Shown here: piece after piece, positions 25,784 through 38,175 of the stretch
Layout of the letters: each line of letters starts with the position of its first letter
Position numbering within the stretch: position 1 is the stretch's first letter
Source: Convolutriloba macropyga
Lineage: Eukaryota
Direction: 5' to 3'
DNA: 64,000 bases
NCBI RefSeq assembly: GCF_964194025.1
Contig: NC_134477.1
Span: forward strand, 44,826,001-44,890,000
Notes under the pieces: model-generated
Databases searched by the model: none
Seen by the model: only the letters and a program-made list of their open reading frames with translations
What the model was told of the DNA's origin: nothing
Program-made: the position numbers and the translations under genes

Positions 25784-26278
25784 TCAAACTGACTTTCGCT
25801 TTCGTTGCATATCCACACCTTGTTGGTTTACGTACCTGAGAATATCACGGTATTTCACCTCATTTAAATCGTTTTTCAAAACACCCATCAAAGCGCTACG
25901 AAAAACTTCTGTTCGTTCCTCGTCTGCTGGTTCCCTCTCACCTATGAGCATTTTCCTTGGAGCAATGAAGTATTTTTTCCTTTCCTCGGAGGTCCAAATT
26001 TTGTTAGCAATAAGAAGAGCACGTTCACGGGGTGTGTTGCCGCCCAATCCCAAGAGATTAACAACATTATACATCAGCGATTCAACTTCGAAGGAGCGTT
26101 CGTTTTCTTCAATCGGGTCATCTCTGTTTTGCTCGGCATTTTCATGAAGCCGGTTGAGTTCCTCCATGGCTTTCCTCCCAAAGGTCTTCAATGAACGCAT
26201 CACATCTGTAGCGGCGTCCAGCCTTTTCTCAATTTTTGTCATAGCGAATTGGAACCGCTCCCAAGTGAACTCCTTCAA
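25784..26278 (-). CDS. Coiled-coil plus BEN-domain-like protein (probably the last exon of a gene beginning near 27270)
   Basis: ALLIANKIWTSEERKKYF...GEREPADEERTEVFRSAL...ILRYVNQQGVDMQRKRK follows the BEN pattern (FT.EE...G...LD...I...N..C.D.RR). An AG acceptor-like site lies at the ORF start. Confidence 0.55.
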   Translation of the reverse strand: MKEFTWERFQFAMTKIEKRLDAATDVMRSLKTFGRKAMEELNRLHENAEQNRDDPIEENERSFEVESLMYNVVNLLGLGGNTPRERALLIANKIWTSEERKKYFIAPRKMLIGEREPADEERTEVFRSALMGVLKNDLNEVKYRDILRYVNQQGVDMQRKRKSV

Positions 26279-26453
26279 AAAATTATTTAAGAGTTATTGA
26301 AAATTTCTAGAGCCAATAGTTTGTCGATTTGAGATAGCAACAAATATTTTCTTAACAATCACAATGGCCATCAGTTTACCTAACATCCTAAAAGTAATCC
26401 TAAGTGGTTTTGCAGTAATCTCATTGGTCAAAAATTATTGTTGTGGAGAAAAA

Positions 26454-26483
26454 CTTCATGTGTCCCTGTCAGAGCACATGAAG
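26454..26483 (-). promoter_or_regulatory. Conserved-core hairpin HP6
   Basis: CTTCATGTG-TCCCTGTCAGAG-CACATGAAG, a perfect 9-bp stem. Confidence 0.75.
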
Positions 26484-26498
26484 ACTTGATTTTTTGAA

Positions 26499-27150
26499 CT
26501 AAATTCTTACTTCATCCGATTGGCTTGATGACGAACAAGCTGCTCCTCCTTCTGGGGTTTTTGATTTCTTGGACTTTTTCGCCGCGCAACCGAAGTAATC
26601 CTCTACCAATGCGTCAACGAAGGGTGGTTTGTCCGCAACTGCCTCATTATCGATCACAAGTCGGCTTTGCGATGATGGTAAACCAATTTCCGGGCTGCAA
26701 CTTGGCCGATCATTTTGATTGTTGTCAATTCGATTGCTGCCCTGAGAGCTACCGCATCCTATATTGATAGCTTCCTCCCTCGCAGCAGCGCCGTTAGACT
26801 GACATAATTCACGCAGGTATTTATTGACATCCTTTTCATATCCTTGATATTTGAATTCTCCTAATGCTTTTCCTCCATGAGCATAACAGATAATATCAAC
26901 CTGATCTCCGTACATCAGAGAGACCTTCTGGGAGTTGTTATAGTCCAAAGGCCACCTTGGACTATCTGCCGGAATTTTACTAAATTTATCATCAATTTCG
27001 AAGTAAAACAAATAAAACCAGTTGGGTTTGCCATCCAACTGGTTTTATTTGTTTTACTTCGAAATTCGCAGTCGGAAACATTGAGAGCAGCGGCCTCTTT
27101 TTCGATCATTCGGGTTGATTTTTTTTGTAGCCTCTGGAAGTTGACTCATT
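26499..27150 (-). CDS. Cargo ORF/exon of unknown function (globular N-part, low-complexity C-part)
   Basis: 179-aa frame 27038-26499 ending at a GTAAGA donor-like site. An upstream ATGAG|GTAAGA near 27270 suggests a first exon. Confidence 0.45.
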
Positions 27151-27330
27151 GCTAAAAAATTTTTCGATTAGAGCATGATTAGAGCAAAAAGTTTGAATCG
27201 AGCATAATTTAAAATTGAGAAGAAACTTTTGAGTCATTTAAATATAAAACACAGAACCCAATTCTTACCTCATTGGCAGTGAAGACTAGAAAACAAAATG
27301 ACTCTCAAAATTTTGTTCTTGATGGAAACA

Positions 27331-27358
27331 AAAATGCGTCCCTGACAGAGCGCATTTT
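27331..27358 (-). promoter_or_regulatory. Conserved-core hairpin HP7
   Basis: AAAATGCG-TCCCTGACAGAG-CGCATTTT, a perfect 8-bp stem. Confidence 0.75.
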
Positions 27359-27431
27359 AATTTTTATTCGATTCTGAACGCAACCCGAATTAAATTTTTT
27401 TTTACAAGAGCACATTTTTTTAAAGATATTA

Positions 27432-27892
27432 TATACGAAACACATTTAAAACTTGTACCGCCTGTAGTAATTCTTGTGTGTGCGAGGAAAAACTTAGCTA
27501 TAATTCCAAACTGTTACTATAACAAAAACGCTTCTTTTCGACGAAAAAAAATTGTCTTAACCAAAGTTTTTCAAGTTTTTCATTTCTCGTAAATTAGATA
27601 GGATAAAGTTGGTTTTAAGATTTGTCCACATTTTACACAAGGGCATATAGGATGCCTCCGCTGTACCTCAATGGACACATCTGTTTTAAGTGGGACTCTC
27701 AGAAGAATGGACTACTTGCTTTTTGATAAGTTTTACGAGACATGAAAAAAATGAAGATCTTTGGTCAAGCCATATTTTTTCGTTGAAAGAAGAAAATTTG
27801 CACTATTAACTACTTGGATTTATCACTTAGGCTCACCTAGCACACGGAAGAAGGACTAAAAGCAGGACAAATATTAAATGCGCTCACTATAT
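27432..27892. repeat. Old inverted repeat with ~155-bp diverged arms, possibly a nested MITE
   Basis: The reverse complement of ~27440-27595 aligns by eye with ~27730-27885 (TTTACGAGA.ATGAAAAA...CTTTGGT.AAG...TAAATG). TATA on both flanks. Confidence 0.55.
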
Positions 27893-29040
27893 AATCACAA
27901 AAATGGTTTAAATAATTTTTTCGGGTTTCGGAAATTTTTTGCTTTTCGGCCTTGTCCATATTTTTCACAACTAAAAAAACGAAAATATCTTTTACTTGCT
28001 AACCGGCTAGCCTAAACAGAAGGGGGCTCTCACCTATAGAATGTAGGAAGGCAGACGACAGAAGAGAGCTGAAAAAGAGCAGCAAAACCAAGCAAGAACT
28101 GAAATAGAAATACTAAAATAAAAATGATAACAACATAAAAAAAAACAACAACAAACCAACACCGCGCGGATACCACTAACCAGAAGCTATACGCTACCAA
28201 CAATAATATTAGAATAATAATATTAATAGCGGAGGGACAGTGAAGAACAAGTCAGCCAGAAGGAAGAACACCAAATTTCCTTTGACTGAATAAAAAAAAG
28301 TGGACCAAGTTTTGGTTATTTTTCAACACTTTTTTAAGAAACATTAAACGCAACCCTTTTGTTATCTGTATACACACACATCATTAGACAGGCTCAAATA
28401 AAAAAACAGAGCCACAATGGGGTCGCTCCAAGATGATATATGGAAATTTTAAGGAACAGTACTAGTACCCAAAGTACAAATGTGATCAAAGAAAATGACG
28501 TATGTCAAACATCAGAGAAACCACCCCTGAGGGTGACACTCCCAGGGGACCCTTGAAACATTATTACAAACCTCTACAAACAGTACTACACACCTGTAAA
28601 CGATTTACAAACAGCTTTCAATGGAGTGAGTTGGCCCCATATTAAAAACATGGCCATGTACCGCTATACAGAGGCAAATTACATCAACTTGATGCCCGAA
28701 ATCGTGTATACAAACTGAGCTTGCCAGAAACTACATATAATTAGGGGTCTATATAGCCTATACACAACTCCGTAAGTACATTTTAAACACATTTCAATCG
28801 CCTCCACCGCTGTGTTACATACGACAATTTTGAGGCCAAAATAGGGGCCAAAGTACCATCCAAATATCAAACAGTAGTCGATGCGCGACCCCCTCAGTTT
28901 GGTAGTCCACTACACGACGAGCTTGGTGAATAAAACAGAACCAGATTTGCTTCACTATTCACATATTAATCAACAATTTGGTGTTTTGTACCATCGCTCA
29001 AAATGAGGCCACTTACCACCCCCCAACCCCCTATGGAGTC

Positions 29041-30500
29041 AAAATACACCATCTAGATCCACGAAAACCTACATATAACCATGGTTCATGAGTAACTACA
29101 TATAATGGGGGTTATAAATAGTCTATAGACGACACTAAAAGCACATTTTTAACACACTTTTTTCATCTCCGCAGCTTAGGTACCCCTCTATTAGGGTCGG
29201 ATGTTAGGACCCCTGTACCGGCAAAATACACTATCTAAATCACAGAAAACCTACATACAACTATGGTTCATGAGTAACTACATACAATAGGGGTTATAAA
29301 TAGCCTATAGACGACACTAAAAAGACATTTTTAACACACTTTTTCCATCTCCGCAGGTTAGGTACCCCCTCTATTAGGGTCGGATGTTAGGACCCCTGTA
29401 CCGGCAAAATACACCATCTAGATCCCCGCAAACCTACATACAACCATGGTTCATGAGTAACTACATATAATGGGGGTTATAAATAGCCTATAGACGACAC
29501 TAAAAGCACATTTTTAACACACTTTTTTCATCTCCGCAGCTTAGGTACCCCTCTATTAGGGTCGGATGTTAGGACCCCTGTACCGGCAAAATACACTATC
29601 TAAATCACAGAAAACCTACATACAACTATGGTTCATGAGTAACTACATACAATAGGGGTTATAAATAGCCTATAGACGACACTAAAAAGACATTTTTAAC
29701 ACACTTTTTCCATCTCCGCAGGTTAGGTACCCCCTCTATTAGGGTCGGATGTTAGGACCCCTGTACCGGCAAAATACACCATCTAGATCCCCGCAAACCT
29801 ACATACAACCATGGTTCATGAGTAACTACATATAATGGGGGTTATAAATAGCCTATAGACGACACTAAAAGCACATTTTTAACACACTTTTTTCATCTCC
29901 GCAGCTTAGGTACCCCTCTATTAGGGTCGGATGTTAGGACCCCTGTACCGGCAAAATACACTATCTAAATCACAGAAAACCTACATACAACTATGGTTCA
30001 TGAGTAACTACATACAATAGGGGTTATAAATAGCCTATAGACGACACTAAAAAGACATTTTTAACACACTTTTTCCATCTCCGCAGGTTAGGTACCCCCT
30101 CTATTAGGGTCGGATGTTAGGACCCCTGTACCGGCAAAATACACCATCTAGATCCCCGAAAACCTACATACAACCATGGTTCATGAGTAACTACATATAA
30201 TAGGGGTTATAAATAGCCTATAGACGACACTAAAAAGACATTTTTACTACACTTTTTTCATCTCCGCATGTTAGGTACCCCCTCTATAAGGGTCGGATGT
30301 TAGGACCCCTGTACCGGCAAAATACACCATCTAGATCCCAGAAAACCTGCAAACAACTATGGTTCATGAGTAACTACATATAGTGGGCGTTATAAATAAC
30401 CTATTAACATCACTAAATGTACCTTTTTAACATACTTTTTCCACCTCCGCAGGTTCGGTACAGATCACTATTTGGGTCGAAAATTGCGCCCCATTTACCG
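29041..30500. repeat. 182/183-bp satellite, 8 units, with A/B dimer higher-order structure
   Basis: AAAATACAC unit starts at 29041, 29223, 29406, 29588, 29771, 29953, 30136 and 30319. Confidence 0.95.
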
Positions 30501-31931
30501 GCTAAAAATCACACTCTGGTTCACAAAAGCCTATACGTGGTCCCCTGGGCCTTCAACAGCAATATATAACCTGTCATAATCTTCAAACAGAACAGAAATT
30601 GGTTCACTCAACAATGAGATATTTCAAAAATACCGTTTTGTAACATAGCCTAAATTTGACCTGGTTCGCGACGTATATTGTCAAATTTCACCCACACAAC
30701 TTCAGAAAACGCATAGGAAAACTTATGGGGCTCAACTGTGGAGATGACGAGGGTTGTAAATTGCTATAGTACATCGACAAAAACCGCTTATATAAAGGTA
30801 CCATTCGTCTGGTGAAAAAGAGGGTCAAAATTAAGCATTTTGCCTGAATTCAGGGGTTAATATTTTCTCAGCGACCAATACTACGCACTTCACCGGCGGC
30901 TCAAACAAAGAGGAGCTCTTGCTGAGTTCAACGATACCACACATGCTCAATTCCGTTCAGTACTTTTGGAGTACTTTTCAAAAGCACTCAATTTCATCGA
31001 AATTTTCGAAAATTACTCGATCCAGTACCATCAAAACCCCCGAAATCACCAATACCAGCCTTTGCAACGCAATTCAATGGCTGGACTTTTGTTGTCCGGG
31101 CCATTCTAAGAGTCACTCCTACCTATGCAACTCTTTCAAAAGTCTTCGTGACCCTGCACTACAATTTCACTGAATGTTTGTCTTTTTGCATAAAAAAAAA
31201 CGTTCAAAATCAAAGAAAAATTCATAAATTGTAAATTCGCAAAACATCTATCATCAGCATGTTAGGTGGCCAAGTGGAGGTCTAAAAAATGCTAGATACA
31301 CTGTTTTCCAACCCTTGATTGAGCGGAAACAGGAAAAACCTGAAAACAGAGAGTTTGGAGCTGACTAAACCGAACTCCCGAAACTTCAAAACTTGGACGT
31401 TTAAACCTTTTGTATGCAATCAAATGATGAAACAAATTACTTCTACTGGTCTTTTACTGTTCACTGTGTATCGATGTTATTGAGTTTTAATTATATGAAG
31501 CAGTGGTCACGGTATAACTCAAACAAAACGCTTCCGAACGTTGTTTTTTGCCAATTTCCTTTGTTAGACAACTGAAAACACCGGTATTAGCACAACCAAA
31601 AATGGTTTTCGCAAAAAAAAACACATGGTACTTCTTGCCGGTAAATTAATAGTGCCGGTTTGCCATAGAATGAGGTTGGAATGGTTCCAAGGTTAAAGAA
31701 GAGTTACAATTTCGAATTTCGCCTTGTACATATTATACCATCGAAAAGCGTTATGTTGTCGCCACAAAGAACTTATGGTCACCTTTTTTGGTCTAATAGA
31801 CCCCTGATATATATCAGATATTGATGTACAATTAGCGATTAAAATAACTGGACCCTTGTTGTTATTCCATGCGCTTCGAGTCATAGAAGCAGTGATTTTC
31901 TTGGAAAAAGTCAGACAAAACAAAATAAAAG

Positions 31932-34900
31932 CTTGGATGGATATTACTGGAGGCTTTGATATGACGTTTATCAGATCCTAACAACCTAACCACAGTCATT
32001 GAAAGCTATTTTGTGTGAGAAAAACATCAAACAACATTTTTTAATAATATTTTGTATTCTTATCACCGGTAAGGTCAAAATGAAATTTTCCGTTTAGGCC
32101 CGAGACAATGATTGTTTTAAGGCAAAAAATTGTTTTTGGGACCCCATTTCAGTTTTCCAGCTTTTGTTAGCATCAGTAGAAGTGCAGTTTTGCTACAGAA
32201 TGATTTTGGAAAGGACTGGAAGCTCAAGAAATGTGACCATTTATGAACTTCGCAATAAACATAATATATCACCAAAAAACGTTATATTATCACCATAAAA
32301 AGCCTATGATCAACTTTCGCGCAATCTAGGCCTGTTTTTCAACTCATCTGACTAATTATGAATAGAGATCGTGGTTACGGATACGTTGTGGTAGTTCTAT
32401 GTGCTTGGAGTCAGAGAAACAGCGTTTTTCTTGAAAAAAAATCAGATACAACAATAAAAAAAAAGCTCAGATGGATGTCACTGGAAGCCTCTGATATGAC
32501 GTTTATCAGGGCCTAACAAACTAGCCACAGTCATTGAAAGCCGTATTAATAAAAAATCCGTCAAGCAACGTTTTTTTTATCAGATTTTGTTTTCTTACTG
32601 CTATATCACCGGTAAGGTCAACATGAAATTTTGTGTTTAGGCCCGAGAGAAAAAATGTTTTATGGCAAAAAAAAATTGCACCCCAATTTTATTATTCCAG
32701 CTTTTTTTAAACCCCAGTAGAAGTGCCGTTTTGCAATAGAGTCATTTTGGAAAGGATCGGAAGCCCAAGAAAAGTGATCAATTACGAATTCCGCCATAAA
32801 CATAGTATATCACCAAAAACCGTTATATTATCACCACATAAAAACTATGATCAACTTTTTCGCTTGATCTAAGCCTTTCATTCAACTAATCTGGCTACCT
32901 ATGAATAAAGATCGTGGTTACGGAACCATTGTGGTGGTTCTACGTGCTTGGAGTCAGAGAAACAGCGTTTTTCTTGAAAAAAAAATCAGTTAAAGCAATA
33001 AAAAAGCTCAGATGGATGTCACTGGAGGCTTCAATATGACGTTTATCAGGGCCTATCAAACTAGCCACAGTCATCAAAAGCTGTATTAATAAAAAATCAT
33101 CATACAACGTTTTTTATAAGATTTTGTTTTCTTACTGCTATATCACCGGTAAGGTCAATATGAAATTTTTTGTTCAGGCCCGAGAGAAAAAATGTTTTAT
33201 GGCAAAAAATTTTGCACACCAATTTTATTATTCCAGTTTTCTGTTATCCTCAGTAGAAGTGCCGTTTTGCTATAGAATGATTTTGGAAAGGATTGGAAGC
33301 CCAAGAAAAGTGATCAATTACGAATTCCGCCATAAACATAGTATATCACCAAAAACCGTTATATTATCACCACATAAAAACTATGATCAACTTTTTCGCT
33401 TGATCTAAGCCTTTCATTCAACTAATCTGGCTACTTATGAATAAAGATCGTGGTTACGGAACCATTGTGGTGGTTCTACGTGCTTGGAGTCAGAGAAACA
33501 GCGTTTTTCTTGAAAAAAAAATCAGTTAAAGCAATAAAAAAGCTCAGATGGATGTCACTGGAGGCTTCAATATGACGTTTATCAGGGCCTATCAAACTAG
33601 CCACAGTCATCAAAAGCTGTATTAATAAAAAAATCATCATACAACGTTTTTTATAAGATTTTGTTTTCTTACTGCTATATCACCGGTAAGGTCAATATGA
33701 AATTTTTTGTTCAGGCCCGAGAGAAAAAATGTTTTATGGCAAAAAATTTTGCACACCAATTTTATTATTCCAGTTTTCTGTTATCCTCAGTAGAAGTGCC
33801 GTTTTGCTATAGAATGATTTTGGAAAGGATTGGAAGCCCAAGAAAAGTGATCATTTACGAATTTCGCCATAAACATAGTTTATCACCAAAAACCATTATA
33901 TTATCACCGCAAAAAACCTATGATCAACTTTTTCGCGTGATCTAGGCCTGTCATTCAACTTATCTGACTACTTATGAATAGAGATCTTGGTTACGGAACC
34001 GTTGTGGTGGTTCTATGCGCTTGGAGTGAGAGAAAGAGCGTTTTTCTTGAAAAAAAAGTCAGGTAAAACAGTAAAAAAGCTCAGATGGATGTCACTAGAG
34101 GCTTTGATATAACGTTCGTCAGGGCCTTACGAACTAGCCACAGTCGTTAGAAGCTCTGTTATCGAAAAAACCATCAAACAGCGTTTTTTATAAGTTTTTG
34201 TTTTCTTACTGCTATATCACCTGTAATGTCAATATGAAATTTTCTGTTTACGCCCGAGAGAAAAAAATGTTTTATGGCAAAAAAATTTCGCAACCCAATT
34301 TTACTTTTCCAGCTTTTTTTAAACCCCATTAGAAGTGCCGTTTTGCTGTAGAAGGAATTTGAAAAGATCGGAAGCCCAAGAAAAGTGACCATTTACGAAT
34401 TTCGCCATAAACATAGTTTATCACCAAAAACCATTATATTATAACCACAAAAAACATATGATCAACTTTTTCGCGTAATCTAGGCCTGTTATTTAACTCA
34501 TCTGAGTACTTATGATTAGAGATCGTGGCTACGGAACCGTTGTGGTGGTTCTATGTGCTTGGAGTCAGAGAAAGAGCGTTTTTCTTGAAAAAAAAAGTCA
34601 GGTAAAACAGTAAAAAAGCTCAGATGGATGTCAATGGAGGCTTTGATATAACGTTCGTCAGGGCCCTACAAACTAGCAACAGTTGTTAGAAGCTATGTTA
34701 ATGAAAAAACCATCAAACGGCGTTTTTTTTATAAGATTTTGCTTTCTTACTGCTATATCACCTGTAATGTCAATATGAAATTTTCTGTTTACGCCCGAGA
34801 GAAAAAAGGTTTTTTGGCAAAAAAATTTTGCACCCCAATTTTATTTTTTTTCCAGCTTTTTTTAAACCTCTATAGAAGTGCCGTTTTGCTATAGAATGAT

Positions 34901-37900
34901 TTTGGAAAGGATCGGAAGCCGAAAAAAAGTGACCATTTACGAATTTCGCCATAAACATAGTTTATCACCAAAAACCATTATATTATCACCAAAAAAACCT
35001 ATGATCAACTTTTTCGCATGATCTAGGCCTGTCATTCAATTCATCTGACTACTTATGATTAGAGATCGTGGTTACGGAACCGTTGTGGTGGTTCTATGTG
35101 CTTGGAGTCAGAGAAAGAGCGTTTTTCTTGAAAAAAAAGTCAGGTCAAACAATAAAAAAGCTCAGATGGATGTCACTGGAGTCTTTGATATTACGTTTAT
35201 CAGGGCCTAGGAAACTAGACACAGTCGTTAGAAGCTTTGATAATGAAAAAACCATCAAACAGCGTTTTTTATAAGATTTTCCTTTCTTACTGCTATATCA
35301 CAGGTAATGTCAATATGAAATTTTCTGTTTACGCCCGAGAGAAAAATGTTTTATGGCAAAAAAATTTTGCACCCCAATTTCATTTTTCCAGCTTTTTTTA
35401 AACCCCAGTAGAAGTGCCGTTTTGCTATAGAATGATTTTGGAAATGATCGGAAGCCCAAGAAATGTGACCATTTACGAATTTCGCCATAAACATAGTTTA
35501 TCACCAAAAACCATTATATTATCACCACAAAAAACCTATGATCAACTTTTTCGCGTGATATAGGCCTGTCATTCAACTCATCTGACTACTTATGATTAGA
35601 GATCGTGGTTACGGAACCGTTGTGGTGGTTCTATGTGCTTGGAGTCAGAGAAAGAGCGTTTTTCTTGAAAAAAAGTCAGGTTAAAACAATAAAAAAGCTC
35701 AGATGGATGTCACTGGATGCTTTGATATTACGTTTATCAGGGCCTAGGAAACTAGCCACAGTCGTTAGAAGCTTCGTTAATGAAAAAACCATCAAACAGC
35801 GTTTTTTTATAAGATTTTCCTTTCTTACTGCTATATCACAGGTAATGTCAATATGAAATTTTCTGTTTACGCCCGAGAGAAAAAATGTTTTATGGCAAAA
35901 AAATTTTGCACCCCAATTTTATTTTTCCACTTTTTTTAAACCTCAATAGAAGTGCCGTTTTGCTATAGAATGATTTTGGAAAGGATCGGAAGCCGAAGAA
36001 AAGTGACCACTTACGAATTTCGCCGTAAACATAGTTTATCACCAAAAACCATTATATTATCACCACAAAAACCTATGATCAACTTTTTCGCGTGATCTAG
36101 GCCTGTCATTCAAATCATCTGACTACTTATGATTAGAGATGGTGGTTACGGAACCGTTGTGGTGGTTCTATGTGCTTGGAGTCAGAGAAAGAGCGTTTTT
36201 CTTGAAAAAAAAGTCAGGTCAAACAATAAAAAAGCTCAGATGGATGTCACTGGAGGCTTTTATATGACGTTTATCAGGGCCTAGGAAACTAGCCACAGTC
36301 ATTAGAAGCGTTGTTAATGAAAAAACCATCAAACAGCGTTTTTTATAAGATTTTGCTTTCTTACTGCTATATCACCGGTAATGTCAATATGAAATTTTCT
36401 GTTTACGCCCGAGAGAAAAAATGTTTTATGGCAAAAAATTTTTGCACCCCAATTTGATTTTTCCAGCTTTTTTAAACCCCAGTAGAAGTGCTGTTTTGCT
36501 ATAGAATGATTTTGGAAATGATCGGAAGCCCAAGAAAAGTGACCATTTACGAATTTCGCCATAAACATAGTTTATCACCAAAAACCATTATATTATCACC
36601 ACAAAAAACCTATGATCAACTTTTTCGCGTGATCTAGACCTGTCATTCAACTCATCTGACTACTTATGATTAGAGATCGTTGTTACGGAACCGTTGTGGT
36701 GGTTCTATGCGCTTGGAGTCAGAGAAAGAGCGTTTTTCTTGAAAAAAAAGTCAGGTAAAACAGTAAAAAAGCTCAGATGGATGTCACTGGAGGCTTTGAA
36801 ATAACGTTCGTCAGGGCCTTACAAACTAGCCATAGTCGTTAGAAGCTATGTTAATGAAAAAACCATCAAACATCGTTTTTTTTATAAGATTTTGCTTTCT
36901 TACTGCTATATCACCTGTAATGTCAATATGAAATTTTCTGTTTACGCCCGAGAGAAAAAATGTTTTTTGGCAAAAAATTTTGCACCCCAATTTTATTTTT
37001 CCAGCTTTTTTTAAAGCTCAATAGAAGTGCCGTTTTGCTATAGAATGATTTTGGAAAGGATCGGAAGCCCAAGAAAAGTGCCATTTACGAATTTCGCCAT
37101 AAACATAGTTTATCACCAAAAACCATTATATTATCACCACAAAAAACCTATGATCAACTTTTTCGCGTGATCTAGGCCTGTCATTCAACTCATCTGGATA
37201 CTTTTGATAGATATCGTGGTTACGGAACCGTTGTGGTGGTTCTATGTGCTTGGAGTCAGAGAAAGAGCGTTTTTCTTGAAAAAAGTCAGGTAAAACAATA
37301 AAAAAGCTCAGATGGATGTCACTGGAGTCTTTGATATTACGTTTATCAGGGCCTAGGAAACTAGCCACAGTCGTTAGAAGCTTTGTTAATGAAAAAACCA
37401 TCAAACAGCGTTTTTTATAAGATTTTCCTTTCTTACTGCTATATCACAGGTAATGTCAATATGAAATTTTCTGTTTACGCCCGAGAGAAAAAATGTTTTA
37501 TGGCAAAAAAATTTTGCACCCCAATTTTATTTTTCCAGCTTTTTTTAAACCCCAGTAGAAGTGCCGTTTTGCTATAGAATGATTTTGGAAATGATCGGAA
37601 GCCCAAGAAAAGTGACCATTTACGAATTTCGCCATAAACATAGTTTATCACCAAAAACCATTATATTATCACCACAAAAAACCTATGATCAACTTTTTCG
37701 CGCGATCTAGGCCTGTCATTCAACTCATCTGACTACTTATGATTAGAGATCGTGGTTACAGAACCGTTGTGGTGATTCTATGCGCTTGGAGTCAGAGAAA
37801 CAGCGTATTTCTTGAAAAAAAAGTCAGGTAAAACAGTAAAAAATTTCAGATGGATGTCACGGGAGGCTTTGAAATGACGTTTGTCAGGGCCTAACAAACT

Positions 37901-37925
37901 AGCCAGAGTCATTAAAAGCTATTTT
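31932..37925. repeat. ~538-bp tandem satellite, about 11 units
   Basis: CAGATGGATGTCA marker recurs at ~32467, 33008, 33545, 34082, 34621, 35163, 35700, 36237, 36774, 37309 and 37847. Confidence 0.95.
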
Positions 37926-37987
37926 GTTCACAAAACTTGTCAAAAAACGGCAACATCATAGAGCGATTCAATAAAGGATATTTTTCG

Positions 37988-38175
37988 ATGTTAATCTTGC
38001 AAGATCTTGCAAGAGGATGTTAATCTTGAAAGCATCTTGCAAGATCTTGCAAGATTAACATCCTCTTGCAAGATCTTGCAAGATTAACATCCTCTTGCAA
38101 GATCTTGCAAGATTAACAGTTTTTTGCAAGAATCTTTCAAGATCTTGCAAGATTAACATCCTCTCTCGACTAGGG
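37988..38175. repeat. Right subterminal repeats and TIR
   Basis: (GATCTTGCAAGATTAACATCCTCTTGCAA)n ending in TCGACTAGGG. Confidence 0.9.

Larger units (their letters stand above)
15596..38175 (-). mobile_element. Giant (22.6 kb) CMC/EnSpm (CACTA-like) DNA transposon with cargo genes and internal satellites
   Basis: TA|CCCTAGTCGA at 15596 and TCGACTAGGG|TA at 38175 (TIR plus 2-bp TSD). Matching CTTGCAAG subterminal arrays at both ends and an EnSpm-type transposase inside. Confidence 0.9.

Noticed and set aside
19638-27358. Hairpins as iron-responsive elements or integron attC sites
   Set aside because: They lack IRE geometry (C bulge, 5 bp, CAGUGN loop) and attC R boxes, and no tyrosine recombinase is present.
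33124-37577. Repeated 60-95 aa ORFs
   Set aside because: Satellite-derived, and broken by homopolymer indels between units.
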